A stretch of DNA of 64,000 bases, taken from the NCBI GenBank assembly GCA_964016885.1, contig OZ024741.1:223200001-223264000 (forward strand), in the 5' to 3' direction. Both the position numbers and the translations under genes were made by a program. The stretch is from Eledone cirrhosa. Lineage: Eukaryota. This document shows positions 40,362-51,904 of the stretch, piece by piece. Position 1 is the first letter of the stretch, and every line of letters begins with the position of its first letter. The notes beneath the pieces are model-generated. The model did no database searches. It saw only the letters and a list, made by a program, of their open reading frames with translations, and was not told the origin of the DNA.

Positions 40362-42675
40362 TATAACAAAATACTGGTGTGTATGAATATAACAAGACAT
40401 AGGTTGTGTATATAACGTTTAATTAACAAGTTGAAGTTATGTAGAACAGTATAGTTGACATGTCAAGGAGTAGTAGATGAAAGAATGAAGTAAAGTTATT
40501 TGTTACCGTTTTGAAGTAAGCTCGCAAGAGGCCATGTTAGGGTTGCCAGACGAACGCGCCTGGCGAAGGGCCAGGCAGGTTAGAAGGCCAGGAGCCGAAA
40601 AGGCAAATGAGAGGTAGAGAGCTGAAAGTTATTCCTTTTATAGGTCCTGGGACGGAAGTGACAAAAAGGCTCTGCCACCCCAACGGGAAGCAACTCCAGC
40701 TACTTCCTGTCTAGAGAGTGTTACTCTATTGGTGATGTGATCGTCACAACAAGGGAGGCAACTCTTGCTACATTATCCCCCGCCAGATTCTAAAAATATA
40801 AAAATCGAATGAAACATGTATGGAGTAAGATGGCGAGCATGTAACAGGCATGAAAATTACGAAAAAAATAATGTTTGCAATAAAAGTAAAACAGCAAAAT
40901 ATATGCATGCAAAAATCAATGATAGATATCAAGGTAGCCAACCGCTCTTGGCCAGAGAACGACTGGACATCTATCTATCCATCACTCAAAGATACAATGT
41001 AATCAAAGTAAAAGAAGAGGTCAAAGTTCAAAATACAGTTCACAGGTGTGCAATCACATGACAGCAGGAAAGAAAGTGTGTCCTCCAGAGAATGTATGCA
41101 GGTAGTTTCTGGTCTGTGGTATAACCTGAAATTTCCAACCTCCGAAGGGATTTTCTCACAGGAAGAGTGCTGCAAAAATAAATTCTCTGGCTTGTTCTGC
41201 TGGTTTTGGTTGTTGATGAAGCTGTGTTGTTGTCTCGCGGAGTGAGCGTATTCCATGTTTAAATTCACAGTAAACATTTTCCAAGAAAAAATGAGTTGCG
41301 CAAAGTGCTAGAAATAACAGCCAAAGCTGATGGTCGATGTTGAGAATGCGTTGACCTGGAAGGCTCAAGAGGCCAGCGACCAAAGAAATAAGCATTCTGA
41401 ATAAATGCGCAGTTTTCAACGGCAAATTTACGTGGTAAATTTTTAAACCGGCAAATAGGAGAATATAGCTTAAGGCTGGAGAATCCTTGGCAAGAAACAT
41501 TATCTATGGCATGTGGTATCTCAGTGACGCGAGATGTGTGCTCCCACACGTGCCGAAACAAGGTTAAAGTCAAGTCGAAAAAAATATATTTCTATGGTGT
41601 GTGGTATCTCAGTGAGTCGAGATGTGTGCTGCCCACACGTGCCGAAACAAGGTTAAAGTCAAGTCGAAAAAAATATATTTCTATGGCGTGTGGTATCTCA
41701 GTGAGTCGAGATGTGTGCTGCCCACACGTGCCGAAACAAGGTTGTTGGCAGCCATTTTGAAAAACTCGTGTGTGAACGTGATAATATGATGAAACAGAAA
41801 GAAAGGCTTCACTTGGTATAACAAATATGGCGAGTTCAATTTTTTTGTGAACGATGAAAAAAAGCTTGGCGGAAAGAATAAGCAATAATTGAGATTCAGC
41901 GAAAATAAATGTTCATGTTGAAATGTGTAAAAAAAAAATCAAATTTCTTTTTTTTTTTTTTTTTAAATGTTCGTTGTAAGAAGAAACGAAAAACATATAT
42001 ATACATCCAGTGAAATGCAACACTTAGTTGATGTACGACACGTGCGTGAGAGAAAAAGAGTCTGTCTGAACGAGAATTTCACATGTGTGTGTGTGTTCGT
42101 TTCTGTGTCTGAGTATTTTTCATAGTTCGTTAATAAAGTTTGCTGCGTATTCGAAATGTTGGTCGACACATTCCCACGAAAATGGGGTACTGCTAATTAA
42201 TTTTCTTTTTTCCATACTCACACAAAACCTGATTCTGTCATTTTTTTCTCGGGGTCACCACTTATAACAAAATACTGGTGTGTATGAATATAATAAGACA
42301 CTAGGTTGTGTATATAACGTTTAATTAACAAGTTGAAGTTATGTAGAACAGTATAGTTGACATGTCAAGGAGTAGTAGATGAAAGAATGAAGTAAAGTTA
42401 TTTATTACCGTTTTGAAGTTAGCTCGCAAGAGGCCATGTTAGGGTTGCCAGACGAACGCGCCTGGCGAAGGGCCAGGCAAGTTAGAAGCCCAGGAGCCGA
42501 AAAGGCAAATGAGAGGTAGAGAGCTGAAAGTTATTCCTTTTATAGGTCCTGGGACGGAAGTGACAAAAAGGGCTCTGCCACCCCAACGGGAGGCAACTCC
42601 AGCTACTTCCTGTCTAGAGAGCGTTACTCTATTGGTGATGTGATCGTCACAACAAGGGAGGCAACTCTTGCTACA
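40362..42675 (-). mobile_element. Non-autonomous LTR retroelement (TRIM/LARD-like) with tRNA-Trp PBS
   Basis: LTRs 40362-40772 and 42263-42675 (about 98% identical), TSD CACC, minus-strand PBS TGGTGACCCCGA (42249-42260), PPT GGCGGGGGATAA, TATAAAAG in the LTR; no recognisable gag/pol. Confidence 0.92.
41503..41742. repeat. About 2.7 copies of an 88-89-bp tandem repeat inside the LTR element
   Basis: TCTATGG.GTGGTATCTCAGTGA.CGAGATGTGTGCT..CCACACGTGCCGAAACAAGGTT at 41503, 41591 and 41680. Confidence 0.95.
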
Positions 42676-43277
42676 CACCCATTCCTTTCCATTTTCTTTA
42701 ATATTGTAACATTAAAAGAATATATCTTTCTGAATGAATCGCGAGATATTTATAATGTTAGCGAAGCATTTGTAATGTTATTTATGTATAGATTTAAAAC
42801 ATATTTGTTATGTTATTCTACTGTAAATTTACTGTAATTCTACTGTAATGTTATCTATACAACTGTGAATAAAAGTACAATCATGCAATGGAAAAAAAAA
42901 AAAAAGGAAAATATAAAGAGAAAAGAGACAAAGAAAAAAGGGAAAGGGAAGGAATGGCAAGGGTTCTAGTGTCATAGAAGCATGGGGAGGAGGAAGGGAG
43001 GGGATGATTGGGCTTTGAGTCTAGGGTGCGGCGATAGGGGCTGCGCCCCGCGAACAGGACTGCATTAGAACTACAACTATGGTAACAGCCAATCGAGTTC
43101 CTGTAACTGGTGTAGCTAGTTGCTGAGGTGAGATTCTAGATGTACTGACAGTCAGTCGCAGAAGGGTCGTTGTGTTCTGACCTGTCCAGTCTCGGGATGG
43201 GATGCCCACAGATGAGATTTTGGTTTTGCTTGATTAACAAGTCTGGTGAGCAGATTGGGGCTGGACTCACTCGGGTC

Positions 43278-46200
43278 TGTAGTGCCTATGTTCCTTGGGC
43301 GCAATGATACATTCTCCGTGCGTTATTTGGCTCAGCTCAGCCAATCGCCGCCAGCGGAGGAGAATGTATCTCTACGCGCCCTGCAGGAAAAATTACCCCG
43401 TTAGCTCAAAAAATCTCTGTCTTGCAGCTTTGACAGTGGAAAGGTAAACAACTTGCTTTTTTTTCTTTTCAAAGCAACCAGCAATTTTTTTCTGGCTGCC
43501 TAGCACTTCCGGCAATTCATCTGGGAGGCTGACAATTTCTCGCCTATCCATCATCTTCTTGCCAGCTCTGGTACAACACTTACCATTAACATTTAATGCA
43601 AGAACAGCAACTTTTCCCATGTCAGACTTTATCCGTTTTCTGTTAGACCCCTGGTGGTCACGTATAAATAGCAAAACAGCTAGTCATTTGATACAGCGGC
43701 TCAACACGGCCCTTAACGCCTCAATTTTTCTTCTTTTGTTCAATTATTTTCATTGATGTGCTCTTTCAGCATTTTTCCCTGCTGATTCAATAATCTGTAT
43801 CGTCTTGCGACTAGGAAGGGGGTATTGTAGTGACCTACGTTCCTTGGGCGCAATGATACATTCTCCGTGCGTTATTTGGCTCAGCTCAGCCAATCGCCGC
43901 CAGCGTAGGAGAATGTATCTCTACGCGCTCTACAGGAAAAATTCCCGCGTCAGCTCAAAAAATCTCTCTCTTGCAGCTTTGACTGTGGAAAGGTAAACAA
44001 CTATTTTTCTTTCGCCGTGAAATCACTAGCCAATATGTAACACAATAATTTAACCACGGGCCTGGCAAACACTTCAGCCAGTAGACCGTGCCTTCTGAAA
44101 TCTTCTTCTTGCAGCTTGACCATGCTAAGTAAGAACAAACAACATGTAACGGTGAGATTTGCACTTTGGCTTGTCGGCCTTCCTTGGGCCTGGCACAATG
44201 CTACATTCCTTTTGTAACCCTTTTATGTTTAACTTCAACTATACAACTAAATAAACATTACTTTGTGCTAAAACAAATAAACATGCATTTCATCTCTTAT
44301 TTCTGCTGTTGACATCATTATTATGTTACTCGTGTCCCAATTACATTTATATACTTCGCTGCTAAAAATGGTGACCCCCGACGTGATGAATATTTTCAGT
44401 TCAAAATATTCCTTTTGAAATAAAATTAAAATTGGCAGTGTATGCATAAAAAAATGTTTTCACCACGAGGAAATTAGTATCAAAATGGCTATCACCTCTA
44501 CCAACAACAACAGCAGCAGCGACAACACTGGTTAACCGCTGACCATAGACAACGGAATAACTACGGCAAACCACCAACCATCATATTGTTTACTTCTACG
44601 CTTTCACCTCTTCTATCGTCTCTACCGTTAAGAAAAAAATGGAAGTAGTTTTTTTTAAAAAAAAAGAACAACACGTGGTTTAACTTTCATGAACCCGCCT
44701 GCGATAACATCTTTGAAAGAAAAAATTAGCTGTATTTTCAAAATTATGGCACGGAAACGTTTTTATTTCGATACGGCTTCAAGCAAACACCGAACTCACG
44801 TGGTGACTTACGGCTCTTCAACGCTCGACTTCGCTTCGATAGCAACAACAACAGCAAAAACAATTCTACTAGCTTCCCAAAGAAATTTCAAAGAAAAGAA
44901 AAGGTGAACCTTTTGTTAAAAAAAAAACAATTCTTTCTTTCTTCTTTTTATTTCAGGCAATGTTTGGACATTTATTTTTTAAAAACTGTATTATATGAAA
45001 ATTCATTTTTTTCTATCATTGTATATATGACTGCAGGCACACATTTTCTTTGCTGTATTACATGCCTGCATATGCACAGACATTTCTTTGTCACACACCA
45101 ACATGTTGTTGTCTATAGTATATGATCTCCAAGCGTCGTAATATTCTGCGAGATCCCTTTACACCTGGTGGAGGCACTAAAACATGTTGTCGACACTTGC
45201 AGCTTAATTCACCTGCACCGCAACACGAGATTTCTAATTGCAGCTGGATTCAAACAGTTTCGCATATCGTTGCACACTCATCGTCCTATAGCATAACAAT
45301 CTCCATCTTGTTACCTTACCCGACTCACTGGGAAAACAACAAATAGAACTAGACCTGTCAGCATTTCCACCATTCGCCAGAATTATGGAATTACCATTTC
45401 AACTACAACCCACCTACAGATTCAACTTGCTTTTTTTCTTTTCAAAGCAACTAGCCATTTTTTCCTGGCTGCCTAGCACTTCCGGCAATTCATCTGGGAG
45501 GCCGACATTTTCTCGCCTACCCATCATCTTCTTGCCAGCTTTGCTATAACATTTACCATAACAGCCATATAGCTATGGTAAAGCATGAACAGCACCATCA
45601 TTGACAACAGCTACTGGTAAACTACCATAACAGCTTCATCCACAGCTCTGATACAGCACTTACCATAACAGCTAACATTGAATGCAAGAACAGCAACTTC
45701 GCCCATGTTAGACTTATCCGTTTTCTGTTAGACCCCTGGTGGTCACGTATAAATAGTAAAACAGCTAGTCATTTGACACAGCGGCTCAACACGGCCATTA
45801 GCGCCTCATTTTTCTTGCTGCATGCATTCTTTTGTTCAATTTATTTTTCATTGATGTGCTCTTTCAGCATTTTCCCCTGCTGATTCAATAATCTGTATCG
45901 TCTTGCGACTAGGAAGGGGGTATTGTAGTGACCTACATTCCGTGGGCTCATATACATTCTCCGTGCGTTGTTTGGCTCAGGGTAGCCAATCGCCGCCAGC
46001 GTAGGAGAGTGTATCTCTACACACGCCCTGAGGGAAAAATTCCTGCGTCAATCTCTCTCTTGCAGCTTGACCATGCTAAGGTAAAGACCACTTATTCTCT
46101 TTCTCCGTAAGCACAAACAACATGTAACGGTGAGATTTGCCCTTTGGCCTCTCGGCTTTACTTGGGCCTGGCACAATGTCACATTCCTTTTGTAACCCTT

Positions 46201-46344
46201 TTATGTTTAACTTCAACTATACAACTAAACAAACATTACTTTGTGCTACAACAAATAAACATACATTTTATCTCTTATTTCTGCTGTTGACATCATTATT
46301 ATGTTACTCGCGTCCCAATTACATTTATATACTTCGCTGCTAAA
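43278..46344 (+). mobile_element. Non-autonomous three-LTR tandem element with tRNA-Trp PBS
   Basis: Partial LTR 43278-43452, LTRs 43826-44366 and 45924-46344; PPT AGGAAGGGGGTAT before both full LTRs; PBS TGGTGACCCCCGACGTGAT at 44369-44387; flanks GGTC/TGTC (imperfect TSD). Confidence 0.88.
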
Positions 46345-46469
46345 TGTCTATAACATTAATATGGATGATGAGCCATCTATCTGTGAAACGTTCGCACCTG
46401 AGCGTAATCAATAAAAACCTCAATGTGAAACCTCGTTTTGTTCTTAACACACACACACACACACGCACA

Positions 46470-46900
46470 TACCACAGACTGTTTAATAGGCATACAGTTA
46501 AATTTTCATTCTCCACTATGCCTAAACTTGCGGAGATAATTGCGGCGATGAATTGTAAATAGACTCGGAAACATCAAACCAACGTATATGCAAGTGATGG
46601 CAACGCACCGACTTGGGCGCCCTTGGAAAGAAGGAATTACTAGCCGCTCCGGTCAATGTGCTTCACTAAGACGAACCTCTCGGAGTACAAATTCATCGCC
46701 GGCACCCGTTGCTATACATACCGATACCGAAATGCTGATGGACATGAATTGCAACTGCAGATCCCCCAATAAGTGCGCACTTAACAACAGTTGCAAGTTG
46801 GGGCAATGTATAGTTGAACGGTCTTCACAGACAACAGTACGGACTGCACATATATTGGATCAACCAGCACGGTTTTACAATCACAACAGCAGCTACAACA
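46470..46900 (+). mobile_element. Decayed Penelope-like (Naiad-type) linker / GIY-YIG fragment
   Basis: HRLFNRHTVKFSFSTMP, CNCRSPNKCALNNSC and RFYNHNSSY parallel the element at 52110-52740. Confidence 0.7.
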
Positions 46901-47134
46901 AAAACAACCATATAAATGAGAATAACAGCGACAAGAATTAAAACTACAGCAATAACAACGACAACAACAATACCTACAACAGCAACAAAGGAAAGGAAAA
47001 CAGCAGCAGAAATGGTAACAGTGACAACAGCAGCAAAACAGACGATACCACCAGCTCCAACAACAACAACATTAACAACAATAGCCACAATGAAAAGAAA
47101 AGCACCAGTAAAAATAACGATGACAAAAATATAA

Positions 47135-48410
47135 AGTACCCATCTTACATGGGGAGGAGAAGTGTAAGGGTACGCGTGCCCAGGGTCCCGCCAGGACTAG
47201 ATCTATGTTGGCTCCGAGGATTCGTGGCTGCAGAGGGCCCTGGCACTTTCCTCGATGTAAAATTTACAAGGAGGAAGAAATGGTCCAGGACTGGTTTAGA
47301 CATAAAAAATATCCGGACCATGTAAAATTACTGGACGGGTATGAAATACAAGTGGTAACTGAGAGCAGAATGTCACACTGCTTCGCTTGTGGGGAATTCT
47401 CTCATCTGTGAGCTTTCTGCTCTCAGCTGAAAATTGCACGGGAAGGGGGCGCTAACGCCCGTTGCTACCAACACTAGTGGTGGGGCAAAAATCCGCTTCC
47501 CCAACATCTCCATCACGGGGAGCTACAACAACAGCATCAGCAGCAGCTAAACCACTACAACCAACAACAAAGACAGGCTCAAACACCACCACCCAAGAGG
47601 AAGGTGACAAAAGCTTTCACATTCCCTCTCCTCCTTCCCCTCCCTAAACAATAAATACACACATAAACACGCATACAAACAAACACACACCAACATCTGA
47701 AACAGACACATTATCATCAGCAAATAAAAGAAAACATACACAGCCGCAACAACTACCAACATATACAGAAACGTTTGTGCTAGTAAGAAAGACCCATGAA
47801 AGATTGATGGCCCTCATAGTAAGGAGCAAAGATTTTGAGGGGGGAGGGTGGCACCAGCACATTTAAAGTACCGGAAGACCTGATGATGGTACTGGTGTCG
47901 CTCGATGCCTACAAAGACATGAGGGAGAGCTTTCCTTGTGACGTGGGAACCCTTAACGTAAAACGAACTAGACTTTTAAAGGTACACCCACCAAACATGG
48001 AAGTGAAACCACCCGACCTCCAATAGCATTCTGAGGGTAAGAGAACCCTTTTTTCTCTTAACCAGTCAGCCAACATGGCTGTTATAAGAGTAGGTTGTGT
48101 AAATATTCGTAGCCTAGGGTCGTCCTGGAAGCAAGGTTGCTTGCTGAACGATCTCAGATCATTAGATATGGATGGGACTGTCGTCAGGGAGACCAGGATT
48201 TCCAAAACCCCCATTTTTTAGGACTAGCACGTCTTCGCATCTCTTAGTCGACTGGGAATGGGAGATGAGGTGGCAGTACTGTTTAGGAAAGGCCTGGGTC
48301 TCGAGATATGGGTGATCTCCCTGGGCCCAGACGGTAAGTTGGTGGTCATAGATATGAGCAATAACGAAGATAGTGCCTTTAGATTGATGACCAGTCTATA
48401 GGCACCATCT
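47135..48410 (+). mobile_element. Decayed L1/Tx1-like LINE 5' part (ORF1 knuckle plus APE N-terminus)
   Basis: CFACGEFSHL knuckle; from 48075 MAVIRVGCVNIRSL..LLNDLRSL..VVRETR..VAVLFRK..DGKLVVID. Confidence 0.65.
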
Positions 48411-48545
48411 TCGCTCCACCGCTGCTACCGGCTGGACCTGCTGAGAATACATAGTATTCTCAAATATATACACCGGCTGATTAGCCTAATTTGCATACAG
48501 AGCAATTTTATGGCCGGCTTTGCGGCTAACAGCGACAAGAATACA

Positions 48546-48588
48546 CAGTCTCGATAAGGAGCAACAACTCCGAAACAATTGTCGGCTG
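48546..48588 (+). ncRNA. Degenerate minimal type I hammerhead-like motif
   Basis: CAGTC-tcgataa-GGAG caacaa CTCC-GAAA-CAATTG-TC-GGCTG: all three stems present, CTGATGA box mutated. Confidence 0.45.
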
Positions 48589-48756
48589 TTTTCTCTCTGC
48601 TACCACTGGAAAAAAGGATGATGTCAGTCATCTAGAAAACACAAATGGTGTTAATGAAGGTGCTTGCTTGCAAACAAACTGAATTATAATAATATTATTA
48701 TCATTCACTCACGAATACATTTAAGTATTCACATTATTAAAACGAAAACAGATTTT

Positions 48757-48807
<51 letters not shown>

Positions 48808-49108
48808 AATGAAGTAATTCCGTCGGAAAAGTCCAGGAAAAAAGAGTGCTCTATGTAGGTAACAGAGCTTAATAGTTATGTAATAAACAACATAAGGCAA
48901 TTATTTCATTTACCAGTGGTTTCTTAAAAGCAAAACAATTTTGCTTTCAATCATCAGAATGAAAAAATCCTGGCGTATTTATTAACTTTGGATTTTAAAA
49001 ACAAAAATGCAATCTATATGAAAGTGAGGCTGGAGAAGGAAGAAGGAAAGGAAAAATAAAATAAAAACACACATGCAAACACACACACACACACACAATT
49101 ATATACAT

Positions 49109-49171
<63 letters not shown>

Positions 49172-49299
49172 CACACATGCATACACACACACATATATAC
49201 ACACGCACACCCACATATATATGTGTATATATATACATACACATACATATACACATACATACACACATAAATATCAACATATGCATACATATATACAAC

Positions 49300-49330
<31 letters not shown>

Positions 49331-49440
49331 GCATGTATATATGTGTGTATGTATGCACGTGTGTATATACGTATGATTGTGTGTATGTATATGTATGTGT
49401 GTATGGCTATGTATGTGTATGTGTATACATATATATATAA

Positions 49441-50995
49441 TCTCCTCTTGCCAATCTGTGGCGGAACTCACTGGATGCTGGATATGTGCCAGAAAACCTT
49501 CTATCCCAGTCTGTTGTCCCAGTTTTCAAAAAGGGAAACAAATCCCTTGCCGTGAATTACCGTCCAATCTCACTCACCTCTCATATCATTAAGGTATTTG
49601 AGAGAGTGGTGAGATCGCGAATGACCCACTTCCTTGAGAGTAACAATATGCTGAACTCCAACCAGCATGGATTCCGTAATGGAAGGGATTGCCTGACGCA
49701 GCTACTGCATCACTTTGATGACATTTTGAGAGCCTTGGGAGAGGGTTCCAACACTGATGTTATCTACCTTGATTTCAGCAAGGCCTTTGACAGGGTTGAT
49801 CATAACATTCTACTGAGAAAGCTATCCAATATTGGTGTCACTGGAAAGCTGCTGCAGTGGATCAAGAGCTTCCTGTCAAATAGAACCCAACATGTTGTAG
49901 TTGAAGGAGTCAAATCCAGCCCAGCCAAAGTCAGTAGTGGGGTCCCACAAGGCACTGTGTTGGGCCCACTTCTCTTCATCATCTATATTAATGACATCAC
50001 TGACATCATCAAACACAGCAACATTAAAATTTTCGCTGATGATTCCAAGCTCCAAAAGGTCATCAATGGCGTGGATGACCGGATAAGCCTTCAGTCAGAC
50101 CTACTGGCTGTTACCCAATGGGCGGAAAAGAACAACATGTTACTGAACGAAGACAAATTCGAACTGATCCACTTTGGAAAAGAGGATGCTCTGAAACTCC
50201 CGTACTCCCTTCCCTCCGGGGAAACTCTCGTGGCATCTAACAACATCAGAGACTTGGGAGTAACCGTGGACAGCAACATAAGCTGGGCCACGCATATAAG
50301 CAGCAAAGTTGACATGGCCCGCAGAATGTGTTCCTGGATCCTCAGAACCTTCGAGTCGAGAGATTCCCACACCATTATCCTTTCTTCTCTACTTTTTGCC
50401 CGACCACACCTTGAATACTGTTGTCCACTGTGGTCTCCCCACACGAAACAAAGTATCATGAAACTTGAAGCTCCTCAAAGGGCAATCACGAAAAAGATAG
50501 ATGGCATGTCAGACCTTGACTACTGGGGTCGACTAGAAAAGCTGAAACTTTACTCACTCCAACGTCGCCGTGAGCGTTATATTATCTGCATGATGTGGAA
50601 AATGTTCCATCATCACTGCCCAAATGATGTTGGCATCGCCTTCAAGATACACCCAAGGCTTGGGCCCCGTGCTATCCGTCCCATTCAAAAATCCAAATCG
50701 CAACTCATAACAACAATACGGCACAATTATTTCACCTCAATCGGCCCTGCTCTCTTCAACATCACACCAGGACACGTCAAAACAGAAACTGACCACACAA
50801 AATTCAAGAAATCTTTGGACCAATTCCTCCAAGTAATCCCGGACAAACCACCCATACCCGGATATGTCTCCGCAAACAGTAATTCTCTTCTCGAATGGGC
50901 CATGGTGCCCAAATCCTGAACTGAAAGACTTCGCCAGGTGGTGCTATTAAGTTAGACATGGCCTGGGCCAATACTGGCCAAAACATTTCAAAGTT
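49441..50995 (+). mobile_element. 5'-truncated CR1/Jockey-group LINE with uninterrupted RT ORF (49486-50919), inserted in (TA)n
   Basis: NYRPISLTS, QHGFR, YLDFSKAFDRVDH, SGVPQGTVLGPLLF, FADD, RDLGV, RPHLEYC..WSP, LYSLQRRRER. Frame open from 49441. Confidence 0.96.
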
Positions 50996-51348
50996 ATATA
51001 TATATATGAGAAAGAACATAAATATTATAAAATAAATATTGTATATATAAAAAAAAATAAAAATAAAAATGAAAATAAAAAGTTGGGAATACGACAAATA
51101 ATAAATAAAAAATATATATATATATTTAGAAAAGGGTATAAATGCTTATAGCAGATTTAGAGCACTCAACAAGTTCCAGGGGTAAAAGATCAATGAAAAT
51201 AATCATTAAATCACTATATGTAATGATGCATATACATACACCCTTATGCATATATACATATATATATACATATATATATACACACACACACACAAACACA
51301 ACCACAGAAATACACACACACATACAATTACGTATATATACACATATG

Positions 51349-51380
<32 letters not shown>

Positions 51381-51550
51381 GGAAAAAGTCTGACCCTACG
51401 CAGAGCTCAAGCCTTTTCTGAGGCTATTATATATAAACACACAAATCTATTATATAAAAAAATACATATACACGCACAAATATACACACGCCCATACATA
51501 CACATTAAAGTGATATATACACACATACATACATACACATATATACATAC

Positions 51551-51615
<65 letters not shown>

Positions 51616-51820
51616 TATATACACACATACATACATACATACATATAAATATATACACAAACGCGCACAAATACAACAGAAATAATTAATATATACGATA
51701 AAATATACATATACAATTACATACAGATAGATAAAAACATACATACACACACATATATACATACACATATCCATATACACACACATATACATACACACAT
51801 ATATATACACATATATTTAA

Positions 51821-51872
<52 letters not shown>

Positions 51873-51904
51873 TTATATATATATATATACATATACGCAA
51901 CACA

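Larger units (their letters stand above)
40113..42875 (+). mobile_element. Second CRE 3' end (40113-40361 plus 42676-42875), head-to-head with the first and split by an LTR element
   Basis: About 93% reverse-complement match to 38890-39290. Homology resumes after the LTR element and ends at GAATAAAA. Confidence 0.88.

Noticed and set aside
41156-41500. Hydrophobic 114-aa ORF in the LTR element as an env-like or membrane cargo protein
   Set aside because: Short, no recognisable motif, overlapped by similar-length ORFs in other frames; cannot be supported without conservation data.
22260-44387. tRNA genes at SINE heads (22260-22347, 34476-34550) and at TGGTGACCCC sites (42249, 44369)
   Set aside because: SINE heads have A/B boxes but run into SINE bodies without a full cloverleaf; the others are 12-19-nt primer-binding sites.
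46880-47134. Thr-rich mucin-like ORF
   Set aside because: Degenerate (ACA/GCA)n low-complexity tract.
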